DNA of 42,660 nt, taken from a virus. Taxonomy: Duplodnaviria; Caudoviricetes. A program made the position numbers and the translations under genes. Where the stretch lies: positions 1-42,660 of IMG/VR virus record IMGVR_UViG_3300048611_000078; one strand, 5' to 3'. Shown here piece by piece: positions 24,243 through 33,956 of the stretch. The first letter of the stretch is position 1; each line of letters begins with the position of its first letter. The notes beneath the pieces were generated by a model. That model did not search any database and was not told the DNA's origin. It saw only the letters and a program-made list of their open reading frames with translations.

Positions 24243-24887
24243 ATGACAACCATATCAGAAAAAGTATCTGATGCAGAGATTGCGTTTTCTTCGTTGCCAG
24301 CGGCAAGCAACAACACGGGAAGAAAAGTCCGGTGTTCACCCCTCGTTTCAGGGCAGAATTATTTCTACATGGTTTCAGATGGGACGTACTGGAGACCCGT
24401 AGGCGGGGACCAGATACTTTATAACCTATCTGCCCAAATTGACATGGCGGTTAATAATTCGGATCAGCTTCTTGTCTCTGTCCCTCTTCCGACAGGACTG
24501 TTGCCAGACGGCAGGAGCACCATAGAAGTGGTGCAAGGATGGGATAAGCTTTTGGGAACGTCGGACACCCTAACCACGACCACCAGAATCGGCGCCGCGA
24601 ATACCACCTCAGACGCTACTGTTTTTCCACCCAGTGCTATTGCGTCAACGAATATCACGATAGGTTTTGGTCATCGGTTTGCGCGGATATCTGCTACGGA
24701 GGTGCGAAAACAGGGAAGCCCAACGGTAACCGCGTTTTCCAGTGTATCGGCAAACGTGCGAACAGCGGCGGTGACGGTAGGGAGCATGGATACAGTTACG
24801 AATTATCTGGGAATCTATGGGAGAATGACCACCGGCTCAACTGAAAAAGGCGAACTGCATGCACTGACTGTGAGGTTAATAGGATGA
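24243..24887 (+). CDS. Virion fibre-like protein
   Basis: SDGTYWRPVGG; T/S-rich. Confidence 0.55.
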   Translation: MTTISEKVSDAEIAFSSLPAASNNTGRKVRCSPLVSGQNYFYMVSDGTYWRPVGGDQILYNLSAQIDMAVNNSDQLLVSVPLPTGLLPDGRSTIEVVQGWDKLLGTSDTLTTTTRIGAANTTSDATVFPPSAIASTNITIGFGHRFARISATEVRKQGSPTVTAFSSVSANVRTAAVTVGSMDTVTNYLGIYGRMTTGSTEKGELHALTVRLIG

Positions 24888-25018
24888 AAACGAATCTTAC
24901 TCTGGCAGAACGAGAGGCCCTCCCCCGTAAAGTCCTTTGCGTGGCTCAAGATGCACCCGAAGGTCAAGAGCAACTTTGGACCGTGTACGAAGAAGGCGAC
25001 GAGATCCCGGCTGAATAA
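24884..25018 (+). CDS. Small hypothetical protein (44 aa)
   Basis: ATGA/TAATG coupling on both sides. Confidence 0.5.
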   Translation: MKTNLTLAEREALPRKVLCVAQDAPEGQEQLWTVYEEGDEIPAE

Positions 25019-25614
25019 TGAGAGAAACATCCCCCAATAGCGGCGGCACTTATCGTCCTGGCGACAATAGGGCGGTTTGCGATGAATGCGGCCTTGTTTA
25101 TTTACGCTCTGAAATGCTTATCCGGTGGGACAAAGCCCTTGTTTGCCGGAAAGATTGGGAGCCTCGCCACCCGCAAGATTTTGTGCGCAGTAAGGCTGAC
25201 AAGATCGCGGTGAAGAACGCACGGCCCGATTATTTCGCAGCCACGCTATACGATGACGCGGAAGATTCTACGGGGTGGACAGTAGGGTCAGGATGGACGC
25301 AGAATATTGACAAGTTCGACCACGCCACCGGAGGCGCAGCCCTTGACCGGGCAATTACAGGGCTTTCTGTTGGAACACAGTACCTTGTCCAGGCTGATAT
25401 TGTACGGGATGGCGGGACACTGGCCATTTCGCTTGTGACGGCAACAGGAGAATCAGGAGATATTTCAGTAACAGAGAGCAAAGAGGCGAGAGTCTTCTTT
25501 ACCGCGACAGCCACAACTGACACCTTGAGATTTTCCCCGTCAAGTTTTACCGGGTCTGTTGGCGTTGTTTCAATCTGGGAATATCCAACCTCTATCACGC
25601 AGGCTAATTTATGA
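25018..25614 (+). CDS. Virion-associated protein (N-terminal Cys motif + carbohydrate-binding-like domain)
   Basis: AVCDECG...LVC..DWEPRHPQ; GWTVGSGWT. Confidence 0.6.
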   Translation: MRETSPNSGGTYRPGDNRAVCDECGLVYLRSEMLIRWDKALVCRKDWEPRHPQDFVRSKADKIAVKNARPDYFAATLYDDAEDSTGWTVGSGWTQNIDKFDHATGGAALDRAITGLSVGTQYLVQADIVRDGGTLAISLVTATGESGDISVTESKEARVFFTATATTDTLRFSPSSFTGSVGVVSIWEYPTSITQANL

Positions 25615-26291
25615 CCAGCAGCGGCAGTTCGGACTTTACAGCGACAGAGTCAAGCATCATCCAAGACGCTTTTCTGTTGGCCAGCGCATATGACCCGGAA
25701 GAAACACTTCCGGCAGCGAATTACAACATTGCGCGGCGCATGCTGAACATGATTTGCAAGACGCTTGCCGTTACCGCCAACCTCTGGGTAACGAAGGACA
25801 CGGCCCACACTTTGACGCCTGGGACGCAAAGCTACACGGTAGGCACAGGGTTGGATATCAGTATTGCGCGGCCCGGAAGATTGAAGGCGGCACGTAGAAC
25901 GGCAAGCAGTGTAGATATCCCCCTGGAAGTTGTCTCCCGGCAAGAATACATGGATATCCCCAACAAGGGCCTGCAAGCCCCGCCCTTGATTGCTTATTAC
26001 GACCCGCTGGTGGCAAACGGGGTCTTATACGTGTGGCCCACAGGAAGCACTGGGAACACCTCTATAACCCTTACCTTCCAGCGGTACATTGAAGACTTTG
26101 ACGCGCAGGGAAACACTCCTGATTTACCCCCGGAATGGCACCTTGCGCTTGTTTACCAGCTTGCTCTGGTGTTGGCTCAGTCTTACATGGGCAAAATCCC
26201 GCAAGAGTTGAAAATGCAAGCAGACATGATACTTTCTGCCGTATCTCAAAATGACGAAGAAAATATGTCCATGAGGTTTTCGGTAAGATGA
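25611..26291 (+). CDS. Head-to-tail adaptor (P22 gp4-like)
   Basis: II.DA...LN.I...LYVWP...LP.EW..AL.Y.LA pattern; synteny. Confidence 0.7.
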   Translation: MTSSGSSDFTATESSIIQDAFLLASAYDPEETLPAANYNIARRMLNMICKTLAVTANLWVTKDTAHTLTPGTQSYTVGTGLDISIARPGRLKAARRTASSVDIPLEVVSRQEYMDIPNKGLQAPPLIAYYDPLVANGVLYVWPTGSTGNTSITLTFQRYIEDFDAQGNTPDLPPEWHLALVYQLALVLAQSYMGKIPQELKMQADMILSAVSQNDEENMSMRFSVR

Positions 26292-27676
26292 AAATACCCC
26301 TTTCCTTTGGAAATTACGCAGGCCGTAATTCCACCAATGCTCAAGAGCTTGTCAATATGATGGCAGAGCTTGACCAGCAAGGCGGGAAAGAAAAAGTTTA
26401 TCTTGTCGGGACACCTGGGCTTAAAGAGTGGAAGATTGTCGAGTCAGGCAAAGAGACGCGGGGAGGGTATATCCTGGACACCGTTGTTCTTGCGGTTGTT
26501 GGCACCACCCTATACTCAATAAACAGATCGTCAAAGGTGCAGACAAACAAAGGCACAGTCGCTGGTTCCGGGCCTGTTCAGTTTACCGAAAATCCGACGC
26601 AAATAATGATTACCACCAGCGCGCTTGGGTATATTTACACCAAGACTTCCGGCGCGCTCACGCAGATAACAGACACAGACTTTCCCGTTCCTAAGTCGGC
26701 CACATTCCAGGACGGATACGGGATAGTTGTGCAAACCGGCACAGGGAAATTCTATATCTCCGGGTTAAATAATTTTGCCACTTGGGACCCCCTGGAGTTC
26801 ACGACAGCAGAGGCCCTCCCAGATAACCTTGTTGCGGCCCTTTCAGACCACCAAGATATGATTGCCTTTGGTAGCGAGAGCATAGAGAATTACATAAACT
26901 CAGGGAACGTAGATTTCCCGTTTACTCGCAGGGCTGGTGCAATCCTTGAAATAGGGTGCGGTGCGCCTCTTTCCCCGGCGAAAGGCGAAAACGTGGTTTT
27001 TTGGGTTGATAACCACGGCCTAGTGCGGAAGATGGAAGGTTTCACGCCGGTTATTATCTCGACCCGACAGATAGAATACCAGATTTCACTACAGGATTAT
27101 TCGCAGGCCGTGGGCAATTGCTATACCCAGGAAGGGCACACGTTTTACGTGCTTATGATGCCCACTCTTACCCTTGTTTATGATGTGGCTACGCAGCAAT
27201 GGCACAAGAGGGCCAGCTACCCGGACAACGGGAAGTGGCGCGGCACCTGGATCGCTCAACGTGACGATTTTGTCTTGGCTGGCGATTATGAGAACGGGAC
27301 AATCTACGAGCTTGATCTTGACACATATACTGACAATTCGCAGCCTATCCATTGGGTTGCGACAACCCAAGAGATTCACCACGACCGGAAAAGAGTTGCC
27401 CATAGAGCGTTAGAGCTTCATGTGGAATCAGGGGTTGGCCTTATATCCGGGCAGGGAGAAGACGCCCTGATGTGGATGAGCTACTCCGATGACCAGGGCC
27501 GCACATACGGGAACGAGCGGATTAGAAGCATGGGCAAAATTGGCGAATATATCAAGCGTGTAATATGGAGAACGCTCGGCATTCCCCGTAGCAGAATATA
27601 CAAGTTTGAGGGAACAGACCCGGTAAAGCGCGTTTTAATCTCTTCCCATGTTGATGGTGAAGCCTTTGGCGTTTAA
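26288..27676 (+). CDS. Tail hub / DNA stabilisation protein (P22 gp10-like)
   Basis: AEALPD, FGSESIE, QEGHTFY, TLVYD..TQQWH, SDD.G.T, GKIGEY motifs. Confidence 0.85.
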   Translation: MKIPLSFGNYAGRNSTNAQELVNMMAELDQQGGKEKVYLVGTPGLKEWKIVESGKETRGGYILDTVVLAVVGTTLYSINRSSKVQTNKGTVAGSGPVQFTENPTQIMITTSALGYIYTKTSGALTQITDTDFPVPKSATFQDGYGIVVQTGTGKFYISGLNNFATWDPLEFTTAEALPDNLVAALSDHQDMIAFGSESIENYINSGNVDFPFTRRAGAILEIGCGAPLSPAKGENVVFWVDNHGLVRKMEGFTPVIISTRQIEYQISLQDYSQAVGNCYTQEGHTFYVLMMPTLTLVYDVATQQWHKRASYPDNGKWRGTWIAQRDDFVLAGDYENGTIYELDLDTYTDNSQPIHWVATTQEIHHDRKRVAHRALELHVESGVGLISGQGEDALMWMSYSDDQGRTYGNERIRSMGKIGEYIKRVIWRTLGIPRSRIYKFEGTDPVKRVLISSHVDGEAFGV

Positions 27677-28736
27677 ATCTATACCGCCGCCACTACAGCA
27701 GTCTTTCGTTGACGCAAGGGGTAATGTTTCTCGGCCCTGGCTTGACTGGCTGTACAATGTCTATTTGGGGGGGGAGCAGCAGGAAATAACGGCTTTAGAC
27801 GACCAAGCACAGGACAGTGGAGCATCCGCCGTTGGCTTTCTGGCTGATCTTATTTCGAGCATTCACTTTGATACGAGCCTTGCCAGGGAAGAGGCGGCCC
27901 AGGAATTACCAAGTGACCCAGTTTTCAGGGAAGAGGCGGCCCAGGAATTACCAAGTGACCCAGTTTTTTCGCAAGAAGACAGGAACGAAGAACAGACACA
28001 GGCTCTCCTGGGCCGCATAGAGGCTCTTGAGGCCCAGGCGGCACAACGGTTAAATTGGGTTGATTTGCCCCTCAACCTTCAGAATTTTATTGTTGAAATA
28101 ACAGGAATAACCGTACTGCCAAAGGCGTCTGGGATAGGAATAAAAGTAGACGTTGTTTCTCCGACATTCGGTTTCCGCGATTTGCTCGGCGAAATAAAAA
28201 TACTTTCACCTGGAGCGAATGACCCAACCCTAGCTGTTTTCCGGGACAGCATACGGGCGTTTTCGTTCAGCAACGCCGTAATGAATGAAGCTAATTTTCA
28301 CTATCATATTCCGCACGATTATGTGCCAGGAAGCGACATTTTCTTGCATTTCCACTGGAGCCAAAACGTTGTTGATAGCGGCGGGCCAGCCGGTGTCCCA
28401 GGTGATGTGAAGTGGCAAGCGGAATGCAGTTACGCAAAAGGACACGATCAAGCAGCCTTCCCTGCGACATTTACCACCAGCACGACACAAACCGCCAGTG
28501 GTACACAATACCAGCACATGCTTACAGAGGTTCAGTTGTCGGCAGCAAGCCCGTCTGCCACGGAAATTGATTCTGACATATTGGAGCCAGATGGGCTGAT
28601 TATACTGAGGGCCTTCCGAGACCCGACAGACGTAGCGGACACACTGGACCAAGTTCCGTTTTTACACCAAGTAGACATTCATTATGAATCGACAAACATT
28701 GCCACCAAGGCAAAGGCCCCTGACTTTTATACCTAA
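27648..28736 (+). CDS. Tail-associated protein
   Basis: PPP...D.RG.VSRPW N-terminus typical of the gene after gp10; internal 14-aa duplication. Confidence 0.6.
   Translation: MLMVKPLAFKSIPPPLQQSFVDARGNVSRPWLDWLYNVYLGGEQQEITALDDQAQDSGASAVGFLADLISSIHFDTSLAREEAAQELPSDPVFREEAAQELPSDPVFSQEDRNEEQTQALLGRIEALEAQAAQRLNWVDLPLNLQNFIVEITGITVLPKASGIGIKVDVVSPTFGFRDLLGEIKILSPGANDPTLAVFRDSIRAFSFSNAVMNEANFHYHIPHDYVPGSDIFLHFHWSQNVVDSGGPAGVPGDVKWQAECSYAKGHDQAAFPATFTTSTTQTASGTQYQHMLTEVQLSAASPSATEIDSDILEPDGLIILRAFRDPTDVADTLDQVPFLHQVDIHYESTNIATKAKAPDFYT
27884..27967 (+). repeat. Perfect 42-bp tandem duplication (REEAAQELPSDPVF x2)
   Basis: 27884-27925 identical to 27926-27967. Confidence 0.95.
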
Positions 28737-28747
28737 AAGGAGAAGAT

Positions 28748-29089
28748 ATGCCCGCAATATATAAAGAGATTATCAACGCACAAATTACCGACGCTTCCGG
28801 CGCAATTGCCCATACCTGCCCAGCGGGTGTACGGGAAAAGGTTGTTGCCGCCGCCATATGTAATACCGAGACAGCAACGCCCTACACGTTCAATGCGTAT
28901 AAGGTGCCCTCTGGCGGTGCCGCTGGAGCGACAAATAAGATCATCAACGCCAGAACCGTGCAGGGCGGGGAGACATACCCAGGGTATCACCTGATCGGGC
29001 AAGTCCTTGAGCCGGGGGATATTCTTGATTTTGACGCATCTACAACCCTGAAGCTGAACTGCATCGTTTCCGTGGTGGAATTGCCGTAG
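28748..29089 (+). CDS. Small tail-associated protein
   Basis: AAGGAG SD; LIGQVLEPGD motif. Confidence 0.6.
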   Translation: MPAIYKEIINAQITDASGAIAHTCPAGVREKVVAAAICNTETATPYTFNAYKVPSGGAAGATNKIINARTVQGGETYPGYHLIGQVLEPGDILDFDASTTLKLNCIVSVVELP

Positions 29090-29098
29090 GAGCCACAA

Positions 29099-29569
29099 AT
29101 GAAGATTGTGCCTATCGAGCATAAGCATTATGCGGAATTATTTCGCGTCACCTCCATATGCGAACCGTGGTGGGGACTAGATAGAAATACCAGCGATAGG
29201 CTTTTTTCAAAAAGGGAAGGATTTGTACTTATTGCAGAATCTGGATCAGACGAGGGGAAGGTGGTTGGGCATATAACACTGTCTGACTACACTGTAAAAC
29301 TTGATGTTTTTATTCATTGCTCAATATTGCCTGAATACCAAAGAAGATGGCTTAACAAGACCATATATCGAACAGTTTTCGATTATGTTTTCAATGTTCT
29401 TGAGTGTGTAAGGGCAACCGGGTGGGCAACAGAGGGGCTTAATGACCTTACCTTCCATGAACGATTGGGGTTTAAGAGAGAAGGAGTTCACCGGCAGAAT
29501 TTACGAATAAAAGACAAATATTACGACATGCACTATTTTGGGATGCTCAAAAATGAACGCCGCTGGTAG
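29099..29569 (+). CDS. GNAT-fold acetyltransferase-like protein (P22 gp14 position)
   Basis: FDYVFNVL...ERLGFKREG..R...FGML..E. Confidence 0.75.
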   Translation: MKIVPIEHKHYAELFRVTSICEPWWGLDRNTSDRLFSKREGFVLIAESGSDEGKVVGHITLSDYTVKLDVFIHCSILPEYQRRWLNKTIYRTVFDYVFNVLECVRATGWATEGLNDLTFHERLGFKREGVHRQNLRIKDKYYDMHYFGMLKNERRW

Positions 29570-30590
29570 AATTTTATTTGTTATATACGCTGCCCCAATA
29601 GCGTATAGTCACGGAGTTGCGGTGTTGTCTAGTATTTTAAAAAAAGCAGGATTTCATACTGATATTTTTATAGCGAACGGGAACCTTGAATTATTCAAAA
29701 CAATTATTTCTGAAAATTGGGCTGCTATTTGTTTTTCTAACTGTATAAAAAAAGATTTTGATCTTAGTATTAAATATATTGATGCGGCTATAGAGTCTGG
29801 GCATGAGACAATACTTGGTGGTACATACCACAGAAGAAACAACCCTAATAAATATGACGGGGTATTGAAAATTTGTCGAGGAGACGGTGAAACATTAACA
29901 GATTATTTCATTGGTGGAAATGCAGCCGTTTTTGACAAAAGGTTAGTTCAACAGGACTTAGACTGTTTGCCAATGGCAGACTATGAAATATTTAAAAATA
30001 TCCCATTTGACGGACATATAAAAGACTTTCCAGAAATGAAAAAATTACCGTACACCGTTTCTCGTGGTTGCATCGGTAAGTGCAAGTTTTGCGAAGTGCA
30101 ACACCAAGAAGGGGGAGTTAGAATACGCAGAAGCTCGGTAGATGATATTAAATACTTAACAAACAGATACAACCCCGATCTTTTGTTTTTCACAGATGAG
30201 CTTTTCCCATATTACGACCAAAGATATATGGAAGATTTTTTGCCCTCAATAAAAAAACCATATTTTGCTTTTATTAGGGCAGACATTAAGGCCGACATGC
30301 TAAAAAACATGATTTCGTCGGGAATGATTGGTTGTGCATTTGGTGTGGAATGCGGGGATGAGAAGTACAGGAACGATATTTTGTGCAAGGGGATTACCGA
30401 TGAAGAAGTACACAGAACGGCAGGTATATTAAAAAGTAACGGAACGTATTTTGCCCACTTTTATATGATAAATATGGAAGGCGAAAGTTTTATGATGAAG
30501 AAAAAAACTGACGATATGGCCATGTCTTTAGGTGGCACACCGATGGTTTTTGACTATACAGCAGTAAAATATCAAACGAGAGGTTGCTAA
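29553..30590 (+). CDS. Radical SAM protein, B12-binding (class B)-like
   Basis: ILGG.Y, RGDGE, LD.LP, SRGCIGKCKFC (CxxxCxxC), FTDE, FGVECG; AT-rich. Confidence 0.85.
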   Translation: MNAAGRILFVIYAAPIAYSHGVAVLSSILKKAGFHTDIFIANGNLELFKTIISENWAAICFSNCIKKDFDLSIKYIDAAIESGHETILGGTYHRRNNPNKYDGVLKICRGDGETLTDYFIGGNAAVFDKRLVQQDLDCLPMADYEIFKNIPFDGHIKDFPEMKKLPYTVSRGCIGKCKFCEVQHQEGGVRIRRSSVDDIKYLTNRYNPDLLFFTDELFPYYDQRYMEDFLPSIKKPYFAFIRADIKADMLKNMISSGMIGCAFGVECGDEKYRNDILCKGITDEEVHRTAGILKSNGTYFAHFYMINMEGESFMMKKKTDDMAMSLGGTPMVFDYTAVKYQTRGC

Positions 30591-30591
30591 C

Positions 30592-31317
30592 ATGGGAGCA
30601 GCAGCGGTGGTTGGTGGAATGGTTGTCGCGGCTGGAGTTGGCGCATACGCTGCAAGCTCTTCCGCAGACACGGCAGCAGACGCACAAATGCAGGCGGCTG
30701 ACACTCAAGCGGCCTCGGCAGATGCCGCCACGGCAACACAGTGGAATATGTTCCGGCAAAGCAGGGAAGACCAACTACCATGGTTACAAATAGGGGCAAG
30801 GTCATTATCTGCGCTTGAGAAGAAAATCACCGCTGGCCCAGGAAAGTTTACCGAAGATCCAGGATATCAATCTAGGCTTGCAGAAGGAAACAAGCAAATT
30901 GGCAGAACCGCATCGGCAACTGGTGGTATTGCTTCTGGCTCAACCCTGAAAGCACTGACCAGATATGGCCAGGATTACGCCTCAAACGAATACGACAAGT
31001 GGCTGCAACGCTATTACCAAAGCCTCACCCCATACCAGAGCCTTGCAAGCGTTGGACAAACAACCGCATCTGGTCTCGGAAAAGAGGGGGCATATACTGG
31101 TGCACAAGTAGGGCAAAATACTATTGCGGCAGGAAACGCCAGGGCAAGCGGATATCTTGGGCAAGCGGCTGGGTCAATAAACCAAACCAACGCATGGACA
31201 GGGGCGGCGCAAGGTGGATTAAATGCTCTTGGAACATATTACGGGAACCAGCCCACCACCCCATCGTATACACAGCCGACTGTCGGCCCGACCTCTTCAG
31301 GCGGATATTGGACATAA
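30592..31317 (+). CDS. DNA ejection protein (P22 gp7-like)
   Basis: Hydrophobic G/A-rich N-terminus; PGYQ.RL..G, ASA.GG..SG.TLKAL..YGQ..AS.EY. Confidence 0.8.
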   Translation: MGAAAVVGGMVVAAGVGAYAASSSADTAADAQMQAADTQAASADAATATQWNMFRQSREDQLPWLQIGARSLSALEKKITAGPGKFTEDPGYQSRLAEGNKQIGRTASATGGIASGSTLKALTRYGQDYASNEYDKWLQRYYQSLTPYQSLASVGQTTASGLGKEGAYTGAQVGQNTIAAGNARASGYLGQAAGSINQTNAWTGAAQGGLNALGTYYGNQPTTPSYTQPTVGPTSSGGYWT

Positions 31318-31326
31318 GGAGCAACC

Positions 31327-32655
31327 ATGCCACTCCCAGAACTTCGCACCCTCGACGTGAGTCAGCCTGTTGATAGATATTACGCAGGCCAAGAGCAGCA
31401 ACGAAAGCGAGGACTTGCAGACTTGCAAATACAAAATTCCATGCAGGATCGGCAGTTTTCTCAGAAAACAAAGGCGACAGATGCGATATTGTCTTTTTCT
31501 GAGAAACTCCTGATTGGGCTTGACCCCAACGACCCTGATTTCGACCAGAAAAAATTTGCCGTTACCGAGGAAATAGGGAATTACGCGCATAGTTTGGGAG
31601 TACCGGCTGACGAAATTGTCTCAGGTGCAGAGCGATTTGTCAACTCATTTGACAGAAACGCAGCCAGGGTATACCGCGAAAAAATGGGCCTTGCCGAGGC
31701 CCGCCCAAAGCCGACCATCAAAGACGGGCAGGTAATCAGGCAGACCCCTGAAGGCAAATATGTTGCCGAGGGGATAGAGGGGTTCGAGCGGAACCAGAAG
31801 TTGACCGGAGAGGCGGCAAACCTTGAGGTTTTGCTTGGAAGGAAGCCCACCCTTTCGGAGGTCAGAGATTTCAAGAAAAGAACAGAGTCTGGAGGCGGCG
31901 GCAACCCATATTTCACCCCAGTTCAAACCGCACAAGGGGTTATGGCCTTTAATGCCCGCACAGGAAGAATGGAGCCTGTTCTAGTCGCTGGTGGGCAAGT
32001 TGTTGGCTCGGCCAGCGATCCGGCACTTCAGAAAGATATAGCCGGGGCAAAGAAAGAGGGGGCGGCAGAGGTTGCAAAACAGGTCCAGTTTCCAAAAGCC
32101 CGCGAATCGTTTAACGCACTTAAAAGGCAATGGACTGTTGTTGAAAACAGCATTGACAAAGCCATAAAAGAAGTGGGTCCATTTACCGCTGGAGCTGGTT
32201 CATGGGTGAGTTCAATCCCCGGCACCCCACAGAAAAATCTGCGCGAAACCCTGGCATCAATCCAAGCGAATATTGGCTTTGATAAGCTGCAAAACATGCG
32301 GGAAAACTCCCCGACAGGCGGTGCGCTCGGGCAGGTTAGCGATTTCGAGAACAAACTGTTGCAGGCGGTACAGGGGAGTTTAGCACAAGATCAATCACCT
32401 GCGCAACTTAAGGAAAACCTGAAAACAGTCAAAACGCTTTTGCAGCAATTAAAGGTGGACAAAAAGAACGCCTACAATACTGATTTTGGCGAGTTTTTAA
32501 CCGGTAAAGCTGAACAGATCAGAGCCGGAGGCGCGACACAGACGCCGGGTGGGGAGCCACAACCCAAGCCAATATCTACCGAGGCAGACTATAACGCACT
32601 CCCAGCAGGCTCTGAATATATCGCCCCCGATGGCAGTAGACGGAGGAAAAAATAA
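31327..32655 (+). CDS. DNA ejection protein (gp20-like position)
   Basis: ANIGFDKLQNMRENSPTGGALGQVS.FE motif; synteny. Confidence 0.65.
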   Translation: MPLPELRTLDVSQPVDRYYAGQEQQRKRGLADLQIQNSMQDRQFSQKTKATDAILSFSEKLLIGLDPNDPDFDQKKFAVTEEIGNYAHSLGVPADEIVSGAERFVNSFDRNAARVYREKMGLAEARPKPTIKDGQVIRQTPEGKYVAEGIEGFERNQKLTGEAANLEVLLGRKPTLSEVRDFKKRTESGGGGNPYFTPVQTAQGVMAFNARTGRMEPVLVAGGQVVGSASDPALQKDIAGAKKEGAAEVAKQVQFPKARESFNALKRQWTVVENSIDKAIKEVGPFTAGAGSWVSSIPGTPQKNLRETLASIQANIGFDKLQNMRENSPTGGALGQVSDFENKLLQAVQGSLAQDQSPAQLKENLKTVKTLLQQLKVDKKNAYNTDFGEFLTGKAEQIRAGGATQTPGGEPQPKPISTEADYNALPAGSEYIAPDGSRRRKK

Positions 32656-33956
32656 TGGGCTGGCAAGACGACGAGGTTGTTTCTTCTGGGGGTGGGTGGC
32701 AGGATGACGAGATAGTCACCCCAACCGCAAAAGGCCGCTCTGTTGAAATTGTCTCTGTTGACGGTAAAGAACCTGATGTTCCAGCGTGGGGGCAACAGCA
32801 CCCGAACATATATGGCCTTTATGGGGCTGGAAGAGAGCTTGTGCAAACAGGAGCAGAGGCCTTCGGTGCCGCTGGTGGTGCGGCCGCTGGTTTTGCCACC
32901 CCCGTTCCTGGTGGTTCGTTGATCGGCTCCGGCGTGGGCTACGCAGCGGGAAAGAGGGTTGGAGAAGGCCTTGTCTCCGCTATGGATACATCCGTAGGTG
33001 ATCCACAAGCGCGACCAGAAGAAAGCGCGGGAAGGGTGGCGGGTGACATTGCCTTTGGTGCCGTTGCCCAGGGGGCCGGGAACCTAGTTACAAAAGGAAT
33101 ATCGAAACTTATCCCACAGTCTGTAATTGATAAAATGTACGCTTCTTCGCTGAAACTTCCTACCACCATGGAGAACAAGGCAAGGCAAGCCGTGATAAAA
33201 CGGGGGCTTTCAGAAAAAGCCGTTCCCTCTTCTGACGTAGGGACAATAGGACGGTGGTTGGGGATGAAAGGGCATGCTCAGATTGTCCAGAAAATAGATA
33301 TACTAGATGATCAGGTATCGAAAATAATCAAAAACTCGTCTGAGGCAGGGGATGTTGTCGATTCCCAAGTAATAGTGAAATACTTAGACGATTTTCTTGA
33401 AAAAGGAAAGCGTGTTTCACGGGTTGACCCTAACTTTTCAGAAGCAATACAAAAAGTGCAGGCAGAATTTATGCAGGGGCCACGAAAAATACCCGTTTCG
33501 GAGGCCCAAGAAATGAAGCGGCACATTTATAAGGTGTATCAAGACTATTATGGAATGCCTGACGCTGTTGGTGCCTATATCCAAGGCAAAAAAACCATTG
33601 CGAGAGGCATAAAAGAACAGCTTGAGACAAAATACCCAGACATTAAGGCCCTGAATATGGAAGAGGGGGAACTGCTCACGTTCCTGGACCCTTTCAACAG
33701 AGCAATCGGAAGAATACAAAACCGCGATATTGTCGGGCTTGGAATGCAAACGGCCCCCATGGCCGGGGCCGCTCTTGGGGGAACGGGAGCTGGCCAGGTT
33801 GCAGCCGCACTAAAGGTCGTTGATACCCCGTCCGTGAAAGCAAGGGTGTCTATTTTATTAAACCAAGCGAAGAGAAAAACCCCAGGCCCACTAAGGCAAA
33901 TTGTGGGCAAAACAATTCCAACCGCATCTATTGCAACCCGCGAGGAGAACCAATGA
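32655..33956 (+). CDS. DNA ejection protein (gp16-like position)
   Basis: GWQDDE repeats; G/A-rich membrane-like segments; synteny. Confidence 0.6.
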   Translation: MGWQDDEVVSSGGGWQDDEIVTPTAKGRSVEIVSVDGKEPDVPAWGQQHPNIYGLYGAGRELVQTGAEAFGAAGGAAAGFATPVPGGSLIGSGVGYAAGKRVGEGLVSAMDTSVGDPQARPEESAGRVAGDIAFGAVAQGAGNLVTKGISKLIPQSVIDKMYASSLKLPTTMENKARQAVIKRGLSEKAVPSSDVGTIGRWLGMKGHAQIVQKIDILDDQVSKIIKNSSEAGDVVDSQVIVKYLDDFLEKGKRVSRVDPNFSEAIQKVQAEFMQGPRKIPVSEAQEMKRHIYKVYQDYYGMPDAVGAYIQGKKTIARGIKEQLETKYPDIKALNMEEGELLTFLDPFNRAIGRIQNRDIVGLGMQTAPMAGAALGGTGAGQVAAALKVVDTPSVKARVSILLNQAKRKTPGPLRQIVGKTIPTASIATREENQ

